Below are positions 1-14,400 of a DNA stretch of 64,000 nucleotides, one piece after another. Below the pieces are notes generated by a model. It searched no databases. It was not told the DNA's origin and was given only the letters and a program-made list of their open reading frames with translations. This DNA is from Hamiltosporidium tvaerminnensis FI-OER-3-3 (Eukaryota; Fungi; Microsporidia), in assembly GCA_022605425.2 (NCBI GenBank), contig JAKIMF020000005.1, positions 496,001-560,000 on the forward strand, read 5' to 3'. A program made the translations under genes and the position numbers. How positions within the stretch are numbered: the first letter of the stretch is position 1; every line of letters begins with the position of its first letter.

Positions 1-1055
1 GATTTATTCTTCTTAACTAAAGCCTCAGAAAGATCAGTTACGCTGCTAAAGTTTAAATTAAACTCTCGCATGATTTTCTTAAGGCTCTTCGTTTCCGAAG
101 TGAAGAGCTTTTCCTGCTTACGAGCCTTCTCGAGAAGATTTTTTGAATGTAATAACTTAGAAATTTTACTTTCTATGTTTTCCTTCCAAGCGGATCTAGG
201 CTTTTCTTTGCGTGTTGCCTCGTCATAGCATATCTGCGCAGCTTGCATGATATACGCGGCTTCCGTAATTGACTCAGGTACATGAGCTCCTGCATATTCA
301 CCGACTACTCGATTAATGAGATCCAGAACTTTACTATCAACCAATTCATTTGGATGTTTTCTAGTTCGGACCACCACTTTTCCAATTTCGTTCTCCGAGA
401 TTTCTTTGATTTTACTCAAGAATTTATCTCTCAGATTTTATGTACTCCGTGGTGTCGGTCAGGGTGCATGTATTAATTAGACAAGTGGCGATTCTACGTC
501 GTTCTCTATTCTCTTCTGATTTTTCTTCCTTTCCCATCTCACTTTGGGCCAATTTTTTAACACTTCGAGAGTTACAGCGCAGCCGAATTTCTAATTATAG
601 TACCTGTGAAGCTCTGTCCAGCCATTTCTTGGCATTCTTTCAAACCTTGTCTGTACTGCAAAAAAAACAATTCGAGGCCATTCCTTCGGGTCGGCTGTTA
701 CGGAATCGAATATCGTCTTCAATGCCATTAGCCTGTTACCTTCCGGAATAGCTAGAGTACAGGGGCTTGTCATGTCGTACGATGGCTCGTACGTAAAGAC
801 TTCAACCGAAGAGGGAACTGGTGCATTAGGCGAAGGTAAGGTGTCAAGCCCACTATTTTGCATTTTACTGCATGTTTGGCTTGGTGGTGGAGGTGTTATT
901 GTTGTGTAGGAGGAGGAAGGTAGGGAGATCGCCGGTGGGTGTAGCTTACATTTTTGTACCTCACTATCACTCTTCTTCATCTCATCAGCGTCGTTTGCAG
1001 CCTTTATTTTGGTATTTTTCGATATTTCGCTACTAACATTTTTCTTTCTACCCAT
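1..1055 (-). mobile_element. 5' part of R4/Dong-like non-LTR retrotransposon (copy 1, disrupted, runs off window)
   Basis: ORF 591-1061 is near-identical to the N-terminus of the intact 49303-53064 ORF (MGRKKNVSSEIS...WTELHRYYN). It has a premature TAG at ~591, and homology continues to position 1. Confidence 0.93.
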
Positions 1056-2675
1056 ACCCAATTAAATAGAAGTTATAAAAAATAAATACTCAAATTATTG
1101 GGCAAAATCGATGGTTAAAGACTCAAAGGATAATTTACAACTAAAATATAGAATAAAAATTATTTAAAAATATATTTAATGAAATGAAAATAGGTAATGT
1201 AAATCTAAAAAGAAATACATCTGAAATTTCTGATATGCCAAAAATCAATATTTTCCAGTATTATGATATTAGATTGTGTTTTATAGTTTGTTTTAATAAT
1301 GCTACAAATATTTTTTTGATTGTAATTATTTAAGCACTAGTATCTTCTAATAATAGCAAAGATAATAAAAAAAATTGCGAAAGTTATTGCCGGAAAAGTC
1401 TCAAAACTATTTTTTAAACCCATCTTAGAAAATTAAATTCGATTCTTTGTATTTTTGAATTTTCACTGATTTGTTCTGTGCTAGAATGATTTAGATTACA
1501 CCATGTACTTTTTTTAAGTAAAACACGAAAGACTCATAACTCCTATTATAAGTCGTAAATAGCGTATCTACTCTAGTCTCTACACTGATATAAAAACCGA
1601 AGATAAAAAAGGATCGTACAAGGAACCTTATTCGTTGAAACGAAACAAGGCACTTTATACATCCCAGAACTAAATCTACAATACTTTATATTTTATTTTT
1701 TTCAAAAAAAATGTTTTACAGTGGTTTAATTTATGCGAATAGGAAAATTGAAGATATATAAAGTAAATTGGGTTTTTAAAAAATAAAAAATAAATGAAAA
1801 TCGAATTTTATTGTTTAAATAAATATGCCCATAATATCGATATGACTACAAATTTTGTCGAAATATATTATAAACTACAAATTTACAATAAAAAGGAGGC
1901 AGAGTTGAGTTATTTCGCAAACTTGCTGTAAAAAAATAATACTGCTGCAATAGTATTTTAGTCTCATTAAATTGTAAAAAATACAAATATTTTGACAATA
2001 ATTTTTACAAACTTTAAACTTATCATAATTTCTTTCTGCTGGTTTGATTTACTTATCCAAAAATATTTTATTGTGCAAATTCAAAAACAAATTCTATATT
2101 ATTATCGTATTTTATTCTGTCCTCTCTGTCAAAAAATAAAAAGCTATGCTAAAATGCCATCTTCTAGGACTAACCCCAATGTTTTGGTATTTAAAATACA
2201 AATTTAAAAATTTCCACTATTTCACTTGATTTTAATATTCTATATGTTCGGTTTTGGAAGAATTTATTACTAATATCCACATATTTTTTTTGTTATATTA
2301 TTTTGTCTCCCTCTTGTTCTTAAATGCTTTTCCTTATATAATAGGATAAATAAGATTTAAAAATTTAAAAAAACCCTAAAAAAATATATTTTATAAACCC
2401 TTTAATTTGAAGGGTCATATGTAACTTAAGTCTTATTTCCTTTGTTTTTTCAAATTTTTAAATCTTTATATTTTTAGATTAAACTACAAAAGTGTGTCAT
2501 ATATAAAGGAAAAGTAAAAGAAACCTGTGAGAAAATAAGCATATAAAAAACACTCAAAATAAAACCACTTTAAAAATCAAATTTTTCTCATTTTTTTTAT
2601 TCTGTGATAATTTTTCTGTATTTTATTTTTTTAATTTTTTATAATTTCATTTTTATTTTTTTTAAATATATTAAG

Positions 2676-5600
2676 ATGGGTATAAGAAAATATGTAGGCA
2701 GCGAAAAACAAGAAGAAAAAATAATAAAGGCTGCAAACAGGGCAAGTGAAGTGGATGAGGTAATTAGAGAGTGTAAAACGACCGGAATTCCACGCCAAGC
2801 TCATACACACCATCCACCATCATAAATAACATTTCTATACCACCAGCGAAGCAACACAAACACAAAGGTATGCTTGCTTAACACCATACCCTCGCCATCT
2901 AACCCTATGCATTCAGCACCGTGACCCCTAGGCCGATATAGTGCTAGTTGGCCAAACCTTTGTACCATACCTTTTCCGAAGGCTCGTTGTACTCCGATCC
3001 ATACTCGATCTATAGAGGCCGAGCGTCAGAATTTATTCGATGTGTTCTTTTTGCGTACAAACAAGGTTTGACCGAATGCCTGAAATGGATGGAAAGAGAT
3101 ACAGAGCTACTATAATGAGAAGTTCTCCTGTACCGAAACTATCGATGTGCTAAAAGAATGGCACACAATAAGACGGAAGGGAAATTAGGCGGAGAGAATG
3201 GAGAGCGACGTCGAATCGCCACTTGTCTCGCCGAGCCATGTTCCTTGACCGATGCTACTCGATTTATAAGCCTCGAGAAAAATACTTGAGTAATATCAAA
3301 AATATCTGAGGAGGAAATCGAAAGTAGTAGTCCGAACTCAGCTTCCAAATGAATTGGTTGACACTACAGTTCTTGATCTTATTAATCGAATAGTCGGTGA
3401 ATATGCTGACTCTCATGTACCTATGACGATAACAGACGTTGCCCGAATTATCCGACAGCACAGGTATGTTATGACGATGAAACACGTAAAGAGAGGCCAG
3501 ATCCGTGAGAAAGCATTGAGAGTAAAATTTCGTGTTAAACTTTCAAAGATATCCTCGAGAAAGCACGTAGACGGGAAGAACTCTCCCTTCTCAAACTAAA
3601 GTCTTAAAAAATTATGCGAGAGTTTAATTTAGACCTAAACAAAACAAATGATCTATCGGAGGCTGTAGTTAGAAGAATGAGCTGATAACTGTTTACAAAA
3701 ACTTACGATGTACGAAAGTAGGAAGCAATTCCGAAAGAGAATCGTATGTTTGAGTTGTTCCGAGGTAGATATTATCGTGGCCTGTCTGATCGTGTGGAAT
3801 CCGAGCATGTGGTTAATCGTGACGAATTGTAAGTTTTTGGTCCACAATGTGGAACAAAATAATGAAATAGTTACGTATGATGAGTATCTGATACCTTTCG
3901 TGCCGGATACTCACCAGGCCATGTTTCCTTCACTTGATGAATTTGTAGATATTATCATTGGCTTCCTAACTGGAAAGCCGCCGGAATTGATGGGATCTAC
4001 AATTTTTATATCAAAACTTACGACTCTTCACAAGTATCTTTATGATATTGTGAAAGCCATATGTTTTGAAGGAACACAAGGCTAATTGGTTTTTCTGGGC
4101 TAACGTATCTCATTCCAAAGCGTACCAAAGAAGGCTCCGACTATAGGCCAATAACTTGTATGTCAAACCTTTACAAGCTGACGACAAAGTGTGTTACAAA
4201 GTTGTTCGCTTGAGGTGAGAGGCGAGGGTTACTAGCGATAATCAATTGGGTGCAGTGAGAGGTGTGCGGAGCGAAGGAGCAGGCCCTGCTAATGTTGCTA
4301 TTAATAAAGAGTATGGAAACAATCTTAGGCAACGTGGATTGTGTCAAAAGCGTATGATTCAATAGATCATGCTTATTTGACACAAGTCATCGAAAACCTT
4401 AATCTACCTGATTGGATCCTGAAATTCATTAAGGTAACAATATCAAAATCGAAAATTGATATTTCGGTAGGTTCTGAAAAATTATGAACAAGAAGATTGA
4501 TAAGGGGATTCTCGGAGATAGTTTGTCACCCTTATTGTTTGTGCTGTGTATGGATCCATTGAGCCGTAAACTCAATGAAGAATACGCAAGGTGACAATAC
4601 AAACGGAGGATGCATCCCACTCTACCAATCATCTCTTGTTCATTGATGATCTTAGCTCCTTGCCAAAGATGGAACAACGCTTGAAAGATGACGGAGGAAG
4701 TAAAAATGTTTATGAAAATATAGGATTAGAAATAAACGAGAGAAGTCGGCCACAAATGATTCGTGTTGTGAGAATACTGCTACTCTTCTTGAAGGAATAG
4801 GTGTTTACAAATACCTCGGAATAATAGAGATAGCGGGAATTCCAACACGTAGTCGTTTGGGAAGTACAAACCAAACTGATAGCGGGGTAGAGACTTTGCC
4901 GCACGGATTGAATGCAAGAAATTTATTTCAGCTATCAATCAACATGCGATATCTCTAATAAACTATCATATAGGTGTACTTCGACTTGAACCTGGCGACT
5001 TCTCAAGTTGGATGACGCAGTACGTGCAGTTTTAATAAAGAACAAGATACATCTTCGCCCGGATGTAAGAGCGTCTGTACCTTCCCGAACGAACTTGGGA
5101 GAGGTCTTCTAGTGTTGAGTTCAAAGCGAACATATGCTTTTGCAACTCTTGGATTGTCTGGAAAATCTAAAGAAACATCGACCGAAGAGCAGCAATCCTT
5201 AAGGTGGAGAATGATAATAAAACCCATCTTGCACTAATAAAAGACTTTTTACAAGTAAAATACGGGATGGCAGAGGAGGTCACTAAAAATAAATTAGATG
5301 AAGCTCAACTAGCTAACTTATATAACGAAATAGAAAACGAAACTACATTCAAAGTTATATAATGCTGAAACAACGAGCTGTAAGCGTAAATGACTCCTCA
5401 GATGGTTAAGAAAGGAAGTGTAAGACCGCGTGATGAAGCAGTGTTCTGCTATATCCAGGATAGAAACGTATTTTGGAGCAGAAGGTGTGTGTCAACACTG
5501 CAACACGTCTAGAAAACAGTAGACCATTTAGCAACGAGATGTGAAAAATGCTTGGTCATGACTATACTGACGACACAATGAAGTGGTACGATGTATACAT

Positions 5601-6275
5601 TTGTCTTGTTAAATAAATATAAATTCGTCTTCAAACGAATCGAAGCCACCAGTTCAGAAATTCTTGATAATGAGTATGCAGAGATAAGAGTGGACACCAG
5701 AATAAAAACTGATGTTAAAATTCGAAATAATAGGCCAGATATATTCGTTTTAGACAAGAGACGAAATAAGATTACCCTCATTGAGTAGGAATCACCTCCC
5801 AAGACTCACTTCAAATAGTTGAACGAGAAACTTAGAAGTATGACCTATTAGCAAATGAGCTGGGTCTTATTTACAAATGTAGTGTGAGATAATTCCTTAT
5901 GTGATAACATGGGACGGTATTGTGACAAATACCATAAGACTTATCTTAAAGATTACAATACCCATAATGTGGGCATACATTCGTCCATGTACTTAAGAAA
6001 CAGTCGAATGATTTCCTTCGATCGACGAGGGAATTGAGTCGACCAGTGCCGGGCTGGGCGTCATTGTGTTATTATAGAGCTGGATGCTAAACGCCAACAC
6101 CCCTTAAAGAAGTGAAGAACGGGAAGATGTGTTAAACAGTAAATTCAAAAATATTTTACCCTTTTTTAGATGACGTAACCATCCGGAACCGACTGACATT
6201 AATGTAAGTCTGTGAGAGAATGTGGTTGGTGAGAATGTTACGGGAAAATTTGTTAACCCAGAATTTTATTAAATC
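2676..6275 (+). mobile_element. Full-length but heavily frameshifted R4-like non-LTR retrotransposon (copy 2, divergent subfamily)
   Basis: Starts ATGGGTATAAGAAAA. Fragments read YESRKQFRK, FPSLDEFV, HSTNHLLFIDDL and IRVDTRIKTDVKIRNNRPDIF. Ends with the family 3' terminus TTAACCCAGAATTTTATTAAAT. Many 1-bp deletions. Confidence 0.92.
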
Positions 6276-6789
6276 AAAATTTTTTTTAAATTAGTTTTAG
6301 TATTTCTTTAATTTTTTTGACTTTTTTTTTAAATTCTTTAAATTTTTTTTCGATTGAGAGAAGTCTTGTTTTATTAAAATTCTTTTATTTATCCCAAAAT
6401 TATTATTTTCCCACCTTTAAGTCGTTTCCCGCCAAAAAAACTATAAATACGAATAATTTTGCCATCCCATCCGATTTAGCAGGTTTGATGATCTTCTGGA
6501 TTTTTCTTTTTGCCAGGGTAAAATTCAGCAGGGGGGAGTCAATCAATATAAAATACGATAATTATTACTTTTTAATATTGCAGACAAATTTTAACCTTTA
6601 TATTATTAATGGTTCTTAATGTTTAAATTAAAATTTGTTACACCAGTAGTATTATGGTTTTATAAAATAAGCTTTATTTTAGAATTTATTCGTTAAAGAT
6701 TTTTCATCATTGTATTGATTATTCGGTACATTAAACTTTTTCAGATCTTGAAATATGTATAAAGTAGAAGGGTTATTATCTAATTAATA

Positions 6790-7480
6790 TACAATTTTTT
6801 TGGGTATTTTATATTGTTTTCATGACATTAACGGAGTTCTAGATTTAAAAAAAATCACTGCCTCCCCAGCATTCTATCAGTCTTCTTTGATATACTAAGA
6901 TTCTGAAGCTTTTCCTCTAAAAATATATGTAGGACTATTTAATGAGCGTGTCGAGATCGTTTTTCGCACATTTTTGTTGCTACGAGTGTAATTTTAGGTC
7001 GAAATAAACCTTGTAATTCCCCTATAACCAGTAATATCTTACTAATTTACATTTTTGAGCCGAATATATTTCATGTTAAGACATATCTTAAACTTACATG
7101 CTTCAAATCAGACATTTAAATGTCTTAAGGGGAAATAACCTGCTTCTCCGTGCCTTGGTTATTTAAAAGGTAACTTTTTTGAATCATCAAAGCGCTAAAC
7201 TGTCTAAGACGAGTGAGTCAAGATAATTTTTCATGCTTTCACATACAACTACTTACAATTTCAGCTGTTGTCTCCAATCTAGTTATATATACTACAAACA
7301 AAGACCCTAAAAAATTTTTACTCTTTATTTAGACCTTCCTCGTGTTATACGCATTCCCGTGAAAAATCGAAAATTTGGTGTAGTTTTCGTCCCACCAAAA
7401 ACAAAAGCAATATTTTAACCAGCAGTTTAGATATTTTTTTGCCAGGAGATAGTTTTTAATGAAGTTTTTTACCCTCGCCT
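6790..7480 (-). repeat. Old degenerate copy of the ~726-bp SINE-like element
   Basis: Blocks collinear with 48510-49235: TTGTTTTCATGACATTAACGGAGTTCTAG (~6813), CGAGTGAG, TTCAGCTG, TTAGACCT, TCCCACCAAAAA, TTGCCAGG..AGTTTTT. Boundaries approximate. Confidence 0.7.
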
Positions 7481-8377
7481 AAAGCCTGGAGATTATATAT
7501 ATCTTATGGAAATTTCTAATTATACAATCTTTAAAACCTTAATGGGTAATACCAGAAAGGCTAGCAGAGTGGATATTACATAAAGGCAAAGGAAAAGTAT
7601 TCCTCAACTACAGATCTTAAAAATAAATATAAACGGCGCGATAGCTTCTCTAAGACAACATTTTAATTTTAATATCAGAATTGAGAGTCATGAAGGTGAT
7701 CTTATTAGAGCAGAAATGCTTCAAACCTAGCTGGCTTCCTAAAAAAATGAATTTATATTGAAAATTTCTTTCTAAATAGAACGATTTTGGTCAAAAGAGT
7801 CAGGAAAAATGGGAGACAGCAAGATCCGTAAGAACTTATAACTTAGTATCTACAACCAAAAAAAGGCATCTAATGTTGTATTTTTAAGTATTATATTAAC
7901 CTTACTATAAATTTATGAACCAGAATATTAATATAAACTAAAAAAAATATAAATTATTCAGCATATGAATTGAACTTGAACTTTTCTAAAAACTAGAATT
8001 GTTTATGCCGTAATTTTCGGGAAGGCAGCTAAGTTTGAAGTACGTCTCCAACAAGGAGATCGTCTTCCTGCTCACCATTCCTCTGTTGTTGTAAAGTAAA
8101 GAATTGTTTTTAGAAAAATTGTCTTTATTTGTTTTGTTCATGATGGCACCCCCTCCTTTTATTTTTAAAATATAAATATCATATTTTTGTGATATAAATA
8201 ATATCACAGTTTATATTAAAATCAAATTTATGTTGGTTCTTACTCGAATATTGAGTTTAAATTAACTTTTTATAAGTTCTGAATTTAAGATTTGATTGAT
8301 TAAAAAATTTAATTAATCAAATTACAATTTGTTATTTTTAATTTATTATCACAAATTATATAAGTAAAGAAACAAAT

Positions 8378-9724
8378 GTGTTTATGAATATCTTAATATT
8401 AATTAAACAAGAAATGTTTATTATAATAGTATTTATTGTAGGACAAATTTATCTTTCGAAGTCAAATAAAACGATACCAGATAAGGGTATGTTTCCCTAT
8501 AAAGAGGAAACTACATATTTTGAGAAGCATGCATTTAATCTGATAGAGCAGTTATTTTCTGGTTATTCTAAAAATGCATTTAATGATGTATATTTCATAG
8601 AAACAAATAATCTTACAACAATTGCAGATTTTGAGGGGTTCATAAATAAAATCACACATTCTAAGACGATAAAAACACATTTTTTTTATGTTCAATTTGA
8701 TTGGTCTGAAGATTCAAATTTAAACACTGAGAACATTATTAAAAAAATTTTATGTGCATTGAATAATCATTTAGAAGGAAAAATGTGTAAACCGAAAGAA
8801 AAAATTGTAATAAATAACGGAACAAATTTTATTTACGAGGACATTTCTAAACTCTTCAGATATTTTCATTACTATATAAACAATTTTAAGAATGAAAATT
8901 TAAATATAGAATCTATCAAAAAGATTTTCTCTAAAAGTCTGGATTTCCAGATGAATGCGACAAATTTTCTTAGTCAAAAAACATTTATCTTTATTTGTCG
9001 AGGAAAAATACCAAATTTAGATATCTTTTTATTCAAGAAAATTATTTTTAAATATCTAAAAGTTAGAAATACGTCATTCATGACCCCTGTATTTTTTTTT
9101 GATAGTAGTTCGAATAATTTGAAAAATGATGGCTATTTCTTAAGTTCTTCGGATACTTCTAATACTTTTTGCACTGTAAAATTCTATTATGAAAAAATTG
9201 TTTCTTCTGAATATATAATATACTTTCAAAATCTTAAGGAATTAAAAGCTTTTTTTGTATCAGAAGAACTTTTTTTGAAGTATTCTGCGATTAAATTTAC
9301 GGAAAAGATAGAAGAGAATTTTCATGATATGCAAAATCAGTCTATCCTAAGCCTTAAATCAATGCCTACGCGTAGAGTAGATGTGGATTACGTGAATCCA
9401 ATTAGAAAAGATATAGTTATGGTTGTAAACAATATATTTTCTATAGAATATATTAACAAAGGATATTTTTTCGAAAAGAAAATAAAAAAAGACGATTTCA
9501 CTTTAAAAAATAAATGTTTTATTCAATCTATGGAATTATCTGCTCACATAGATAGGGTAGATTCTTTTGCATATAATTTTTGTATTGACGAATATGGTGA
9601 AATTATTTCTACTTATCGAGAAGAATTAAAGCTCTATGCAAATATCAAAAACATATCTATAGCTTTTCATGAAATTGAAGAAAAATGCAAAAATTTAATA
9701 CTTTCACTTATGAATTTGGAATGA
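8378..9724 (+). CDS. Orphan ~440-aa protein with hydrophobic N-terminus (putative secreted protein)
   Basis: Long uninterrupted ORF in AT-rich DNA. MFIIIVFIVGQIYLS resembles a signal peptide, so the true start may be a downstream ATG. No recognisable domain. Confidence 0.7.
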   Translation: MFMNILILIKQEMFIIIVFIVGQIYLSKSNKTIPDKGMFPYKEETTYFEKHAFNLIEQLFSGYSKNAFNDVYFIETNNLTTIADFEGFINKITHSKTIKTHFFYVQFDWSEDSNLNTENIIKKILCALNNHLEGKMCKPKEKIVINNGTNFIYEDISKLFRYFHYYINNFKNENLNIESIKKIFSKSLDFQMNATNFLSQKTFIFICRGKIPNLDIFLFKKIIFKYLKVRNTSFMTPVFFFDSSSNNLKNDGYFLSSSDTSNTFCTVKFYYEKIVSSEYIIYFQNLKELKAFFVSEELFLKYSAIKFTEKIEENFHDMQNQSILSLKSMPTRRVDVDYVNPIRKDIVMVVNNIFSIEYINKGYFFEKKIKKDDFTLKNKCFIQSMELSAHIDRVDSFAYNFCIDEYGEIISTYREELKLYANIKNISIAFHEIEEKCKNLILSLMNLE

Positions 9725-11470
9725 TCTGATATAAATATCCATAAACAAGAATTTTATCTTTTAAAATAATATCACATCATAAAAATAACATAACATAGTA
9801 AAAAAATATTTTTATTAACAATTTTTTAATTTGGCAATTTTATAATAATTTTCGTTTCTTAAATCTCAAAATATAAATTAAGCAGCAAAATATTTTCTTA
9901 TTATAGTTCTAATCTGCTGTTTTTTGAAAAGTCAGATCATGGTTTTGAGCCTTTAATTATGTTTAAAGGTGCTATTGTTGACTAAAATTGCTGAAACATA
10001 ATCATTTATTGGTGTAAAGAACCATAAAACAATATTGACTCTTCGAATTATAAAAAACTCAAGTCATTCATAAAATTCCGGTCCCTTAACAATAATTTAA
10101 TCTAAAAATATAATATAGTATTTATTCGTTAGAGGACTAATAAACATTGCTTTAATAAATAGTAAATTTTGATCTTATTACGAAAATTGATAGCCAAATA
10201 AACAGAGGTATAAATTCTTAATTTAACTAAGTATATATTTCCCGGTTTCTGAAAAAATTACATATATTTTAATTTAGGTGATTATATATATAGTATATGG
10301 AAACCTGATTATCAACAGCTTAATATTTATTATGATTGGTAAAAGCCTACTTTTGATTCTCAGAGATATTTAGGATTCAATGCATATTTTTCACATAAAC
10401 GAGATATAGAGTATCTAACTTAACCAAAGATCTCCTTCAAAGATTATTACAAAAAAACATATTTTTAATTAATTAGAAGGTATTTTATCATGTATCATAA
10501 TCGTCAATCTAAAGTTTTTATAAATTGATATTTGATACTCATTAAAAATCAAGGTACTTTCTAAAATCGAAGATGGTATTTATTTTTTTTGAATTTATAT
10601 TTGTCTAGATCATAAATCCTCTATAATCTCACGTATTAAATGTTTTAACACAATATGAAACCAAATTTTATTTAGATTGAAAAATAAACAATATCAGAAT
10701 TATTGTGTACACGCTCTCTGGGCTGAAATTACTTTATATCAGATTATTACCGTATAGATTTGACCGAATGCTGTTTATTCACAATTTTAGCATTTATTGA
10801 ATAAGTTTTATCTTCGAACGCTTACATAATAATTAAAATGCCTCAATCATTATCAAATGGATTGCAGAAAAACATTCATAAAATTTTAGTGTGATAATTT
10901 AGCACATAACTCTAATTTATCTCAAGCATCATTTTGAGAACCATCAAGGACTTATTTATATCTAAGTCAACTTTCAGATATAAAAAAATCTTTTATATTT
11001 AGAGAAAAGCCGGCCTCTTGACCTTCTTTTACTCTGGTTTGGATTAGAAAACTAGATCATGATGAGACGAATTAATCATATATCAAAATGCATAAAAGAG
11101 CATGAGTTGGTATATCAACCAATATATTTGATGAAAAAGCTACACATAAAAAACATTTTTTAAATACTACAGTTGCTATTTTAATCATTTAATGTTGTAC
11201 TTTATATTGACCCCCATTGTTCTTACCCTGGCCAAAACTAAAATTCAGCAGATCACACACACTAAATCGGATGGGGATTAAAAAATATTCGTATTTATAG
11301 CTTTTTTCTCGGTAAATGGCTTTTTAACGGGAAAGATATATTTTTTGATAAATTAAAAATTTGTGTAAACTAAGATTCTTTTAAAACAAAAAAAAATTAA
11401 AAGAATTTATAAAAATCAAAAAAAATGCAAAAAAATAAAATTTATTATAAAAAAAGGAAATCAAAAAAAT

Positions 11471-14400
11471 TTATTTAATAAAATTCTGGGTTAAAACATT
11501 TTTACCATTTTTATATGTTTTCTTCTACCTCTTTAACCACTATTGTCTCTTCTTCCAAATCCGACTCTTCATTTATGTTATTGGTCGGTTCCTCTAAAGT
11601 GTTTCCTCCTTGTGAAATAAAGGGGTAGATTATTTTTTGGTTTTAAATTTTTTGCACCATCTTCCTCTGTCTCTTCTTTTAAAGGGGGTGTTGGTTCCTC
11701 TACATTCTGTCTCATAATAACACCCATTGACGCTCTTTCCAGTCTCTTCGGCATTTAGTCCTGACTCAGTCCTCTTCGTCGATCAAGGAAATTGTTTGAC
11801 TGTCTTCTTAGTACTATAGACTGAATGTATGCCTCTACATTCATAGGTATTTCTAGTCTTTTAAGATGAGATTTATGGTATTTTGTCACAATACCGTCCC
11901 AGGTCATCACATAAGGGATTATCTCAACACTACACCTATAAATAAGACCCAACTCATTGGCTAGAGGTCATACTTCCTAAGTTTTTCGTTTCACTATTTG
12001 AAGTGAATCTTGGGAAGTGATTCCTACTTAATGAGTGTTATCTTATTCTTCTTCTTATCTAAAATAAATATGTCGGTCTTTTTCCAATTTTAACATCAGT
12101 TTTAATTCTGATGTCTACCTTATCTCTGCATACTCATTATCAGAATTTCTTGAACTGAGTGGCTCCTTTTCGTTTTGAAGACTTAAACTTATATCTATTT
12201 AGAAGAAGAAGGTATAAGATCTAACCACTTCATTATGCGTCTAGTGTAATCATGGCCTAGCATTTTTCACATCTAGTTGCTAAATGATCCACAGTCTTAC
12301 CAGACTTCCCGCAATGTTGACACACACCATCTGCTCCCCAGAATACATTTCTATCCTGGATATAGCAGAACACAGCTTCATTTCGTGGCCTAATATTTCC
12401 TCTCTTTAGCCATCTTGAAGAGTCACTAACACTCACAAGCTCATTTTTTCTTGCATTATATAACTTTATATGGAGTTTTCGTTTTTCTATTTCGTTATAT
12501 AGTTTTGCAAGTTGAACTTCTTCTAAACTTTTCTTAGTGACTTCTACTACCAACATTTACTTTACTTTTAAGAAGCCTTTTATTAGTGCAAGATGGGTTT
12601 TATTATTATTCTCCACCTTGAGGATTGCTGCTCATCTAGTTGATATTTCTTTACTTTTTTCCAGACAATCCAAGAGTTGCAGAAGCATATGTTCGCTTCG
12701 CAACTCAACACTATGTAGGCCTCTTCCAAGTTCTGTTCTAGGAAGATACAACCGCTCTTTACATCCTAGGCGGAGATGTATCTTATTCTTCACGCGCACC
12801 GCACGCACTGCATCATCTAACTTAGAGAAGTCAGTCGGTTCAAGTCGAAGTACTCCTATGTGGTAGTTGATTAACGATATCGCATGTTGATTGATTGCAG
12901 AAAATAAATTTTTTGCATTTAATCTAGTGTGACAAAGTCTTTCAACTCTTGATATAAGTTTGCTCTGTACTTCTTCAAATGAGCTACGTGTTGGGATTCC
13001 TCTGCTATCTTCTATTATTCCTAAATATTTGTAAACACTAACACCTTCTAGAAGAGTAGCAGTATCTTCACAACACGTATCATTTGTGGCTGACTTCTCT
13101 TTGTTAATCTCTAAGCCAATCACCTCTAAAAATTCCTTTGCCTCGCCTGTCATAGCACTCAATGTGGAACTGTCTCTAGCAAGGAGCTTTCGATCATCAA
13201 TAAACAAGAGATGATTAGTAGAGTGGGATTCTGCATCTGTTTGTACTGTCACTTTTGTGTATTTTTCATTAAGCTTTCGGCTTAATGGATCCATACACAA
13301 AACAAATAACAAAGGTGACAAACTATCTCCTTGTAGAATCCCTCTATCAATCTTCTTGCTCATGATTTTTCGGCCCTACTGATATATCAATTTTCCATTT
13401 TGATATAATTACCTTAATAAATTTCGGATCCAATCAGGTAAATTAAGGTTTTCAATGCATTGAGTTAAATAAGCATGATCTATTGAGTAATAAGCTTTTT
13501 TAACATCAATCATGTCGCCTTAAGATTTTTTCCCCACTCTTTATTTAAAGAATATTCATTGAGCCGGCTCTTTCGCTCCCTGCACACCTTTTACCTCTCT
13601 CAAATGATTCTCTGCAAGCAACCCTCGCCTTTCCACTTCAATTTGAACGACTTTCGTTACATACTTAGTCGTTAACTTGTAGAGGTATGACATACAAGTG
13701 ATTGGCCTGTAGTCAGAGCCTCTTCGTGGAATTCCTTTCGGTATCAAATACGTAAGCCCGCAGTAAAACCAATCAGCTTGAGTTGTTCCTTCTAAACATA
13801 TAACTTTCACAATATCATAAAGATATTTGTGAAGAGTTGTAAGTTTCTGAATGAAAAAATTGTATATACCATCAATTCCAGCAGCTTTCCAATTAGGAAG
13901 CCAATTAATGATATTTACAAATTCATCAAGTGAAGGAAACGTGGTCGGATGATTATCTGATACAAATGGAATCAAATAATCATCATACGTGACTGTGTCA
14001 TCATTTTTGTTCCACATTGTAGGCCAAAACTCACAATTTCATGCGACTAACCACATGTTGGATTCCATACGCTCAGATAACCCACGATAAAATCGACCTC
14101 GGAAAGCTCAAACATACGATTTTCGAATTGCTTCCTACTTTCATGATCGTAATTCTTTTTCGTAACATTCAAAGACTCATTTTCTTAACTAAGCCTCAGA
14201 AAGATCGTTACGCTGCTAAGTTTAAATTAAACTCTCGCATGATTTTCTTAGGCTCTTCGTTTCCAGTGGAGAGCATTTCCTGCTTACGAGCCTTCTCAGA
14301 AGATCTTTGGAAAGTACTAACTTAGAAATTTTACTTTCTATGTTTTTTCCAAGCGGATCTAGGCTCTCTTTACGTGTTGCCTCGTCATAGCATACCTGCG

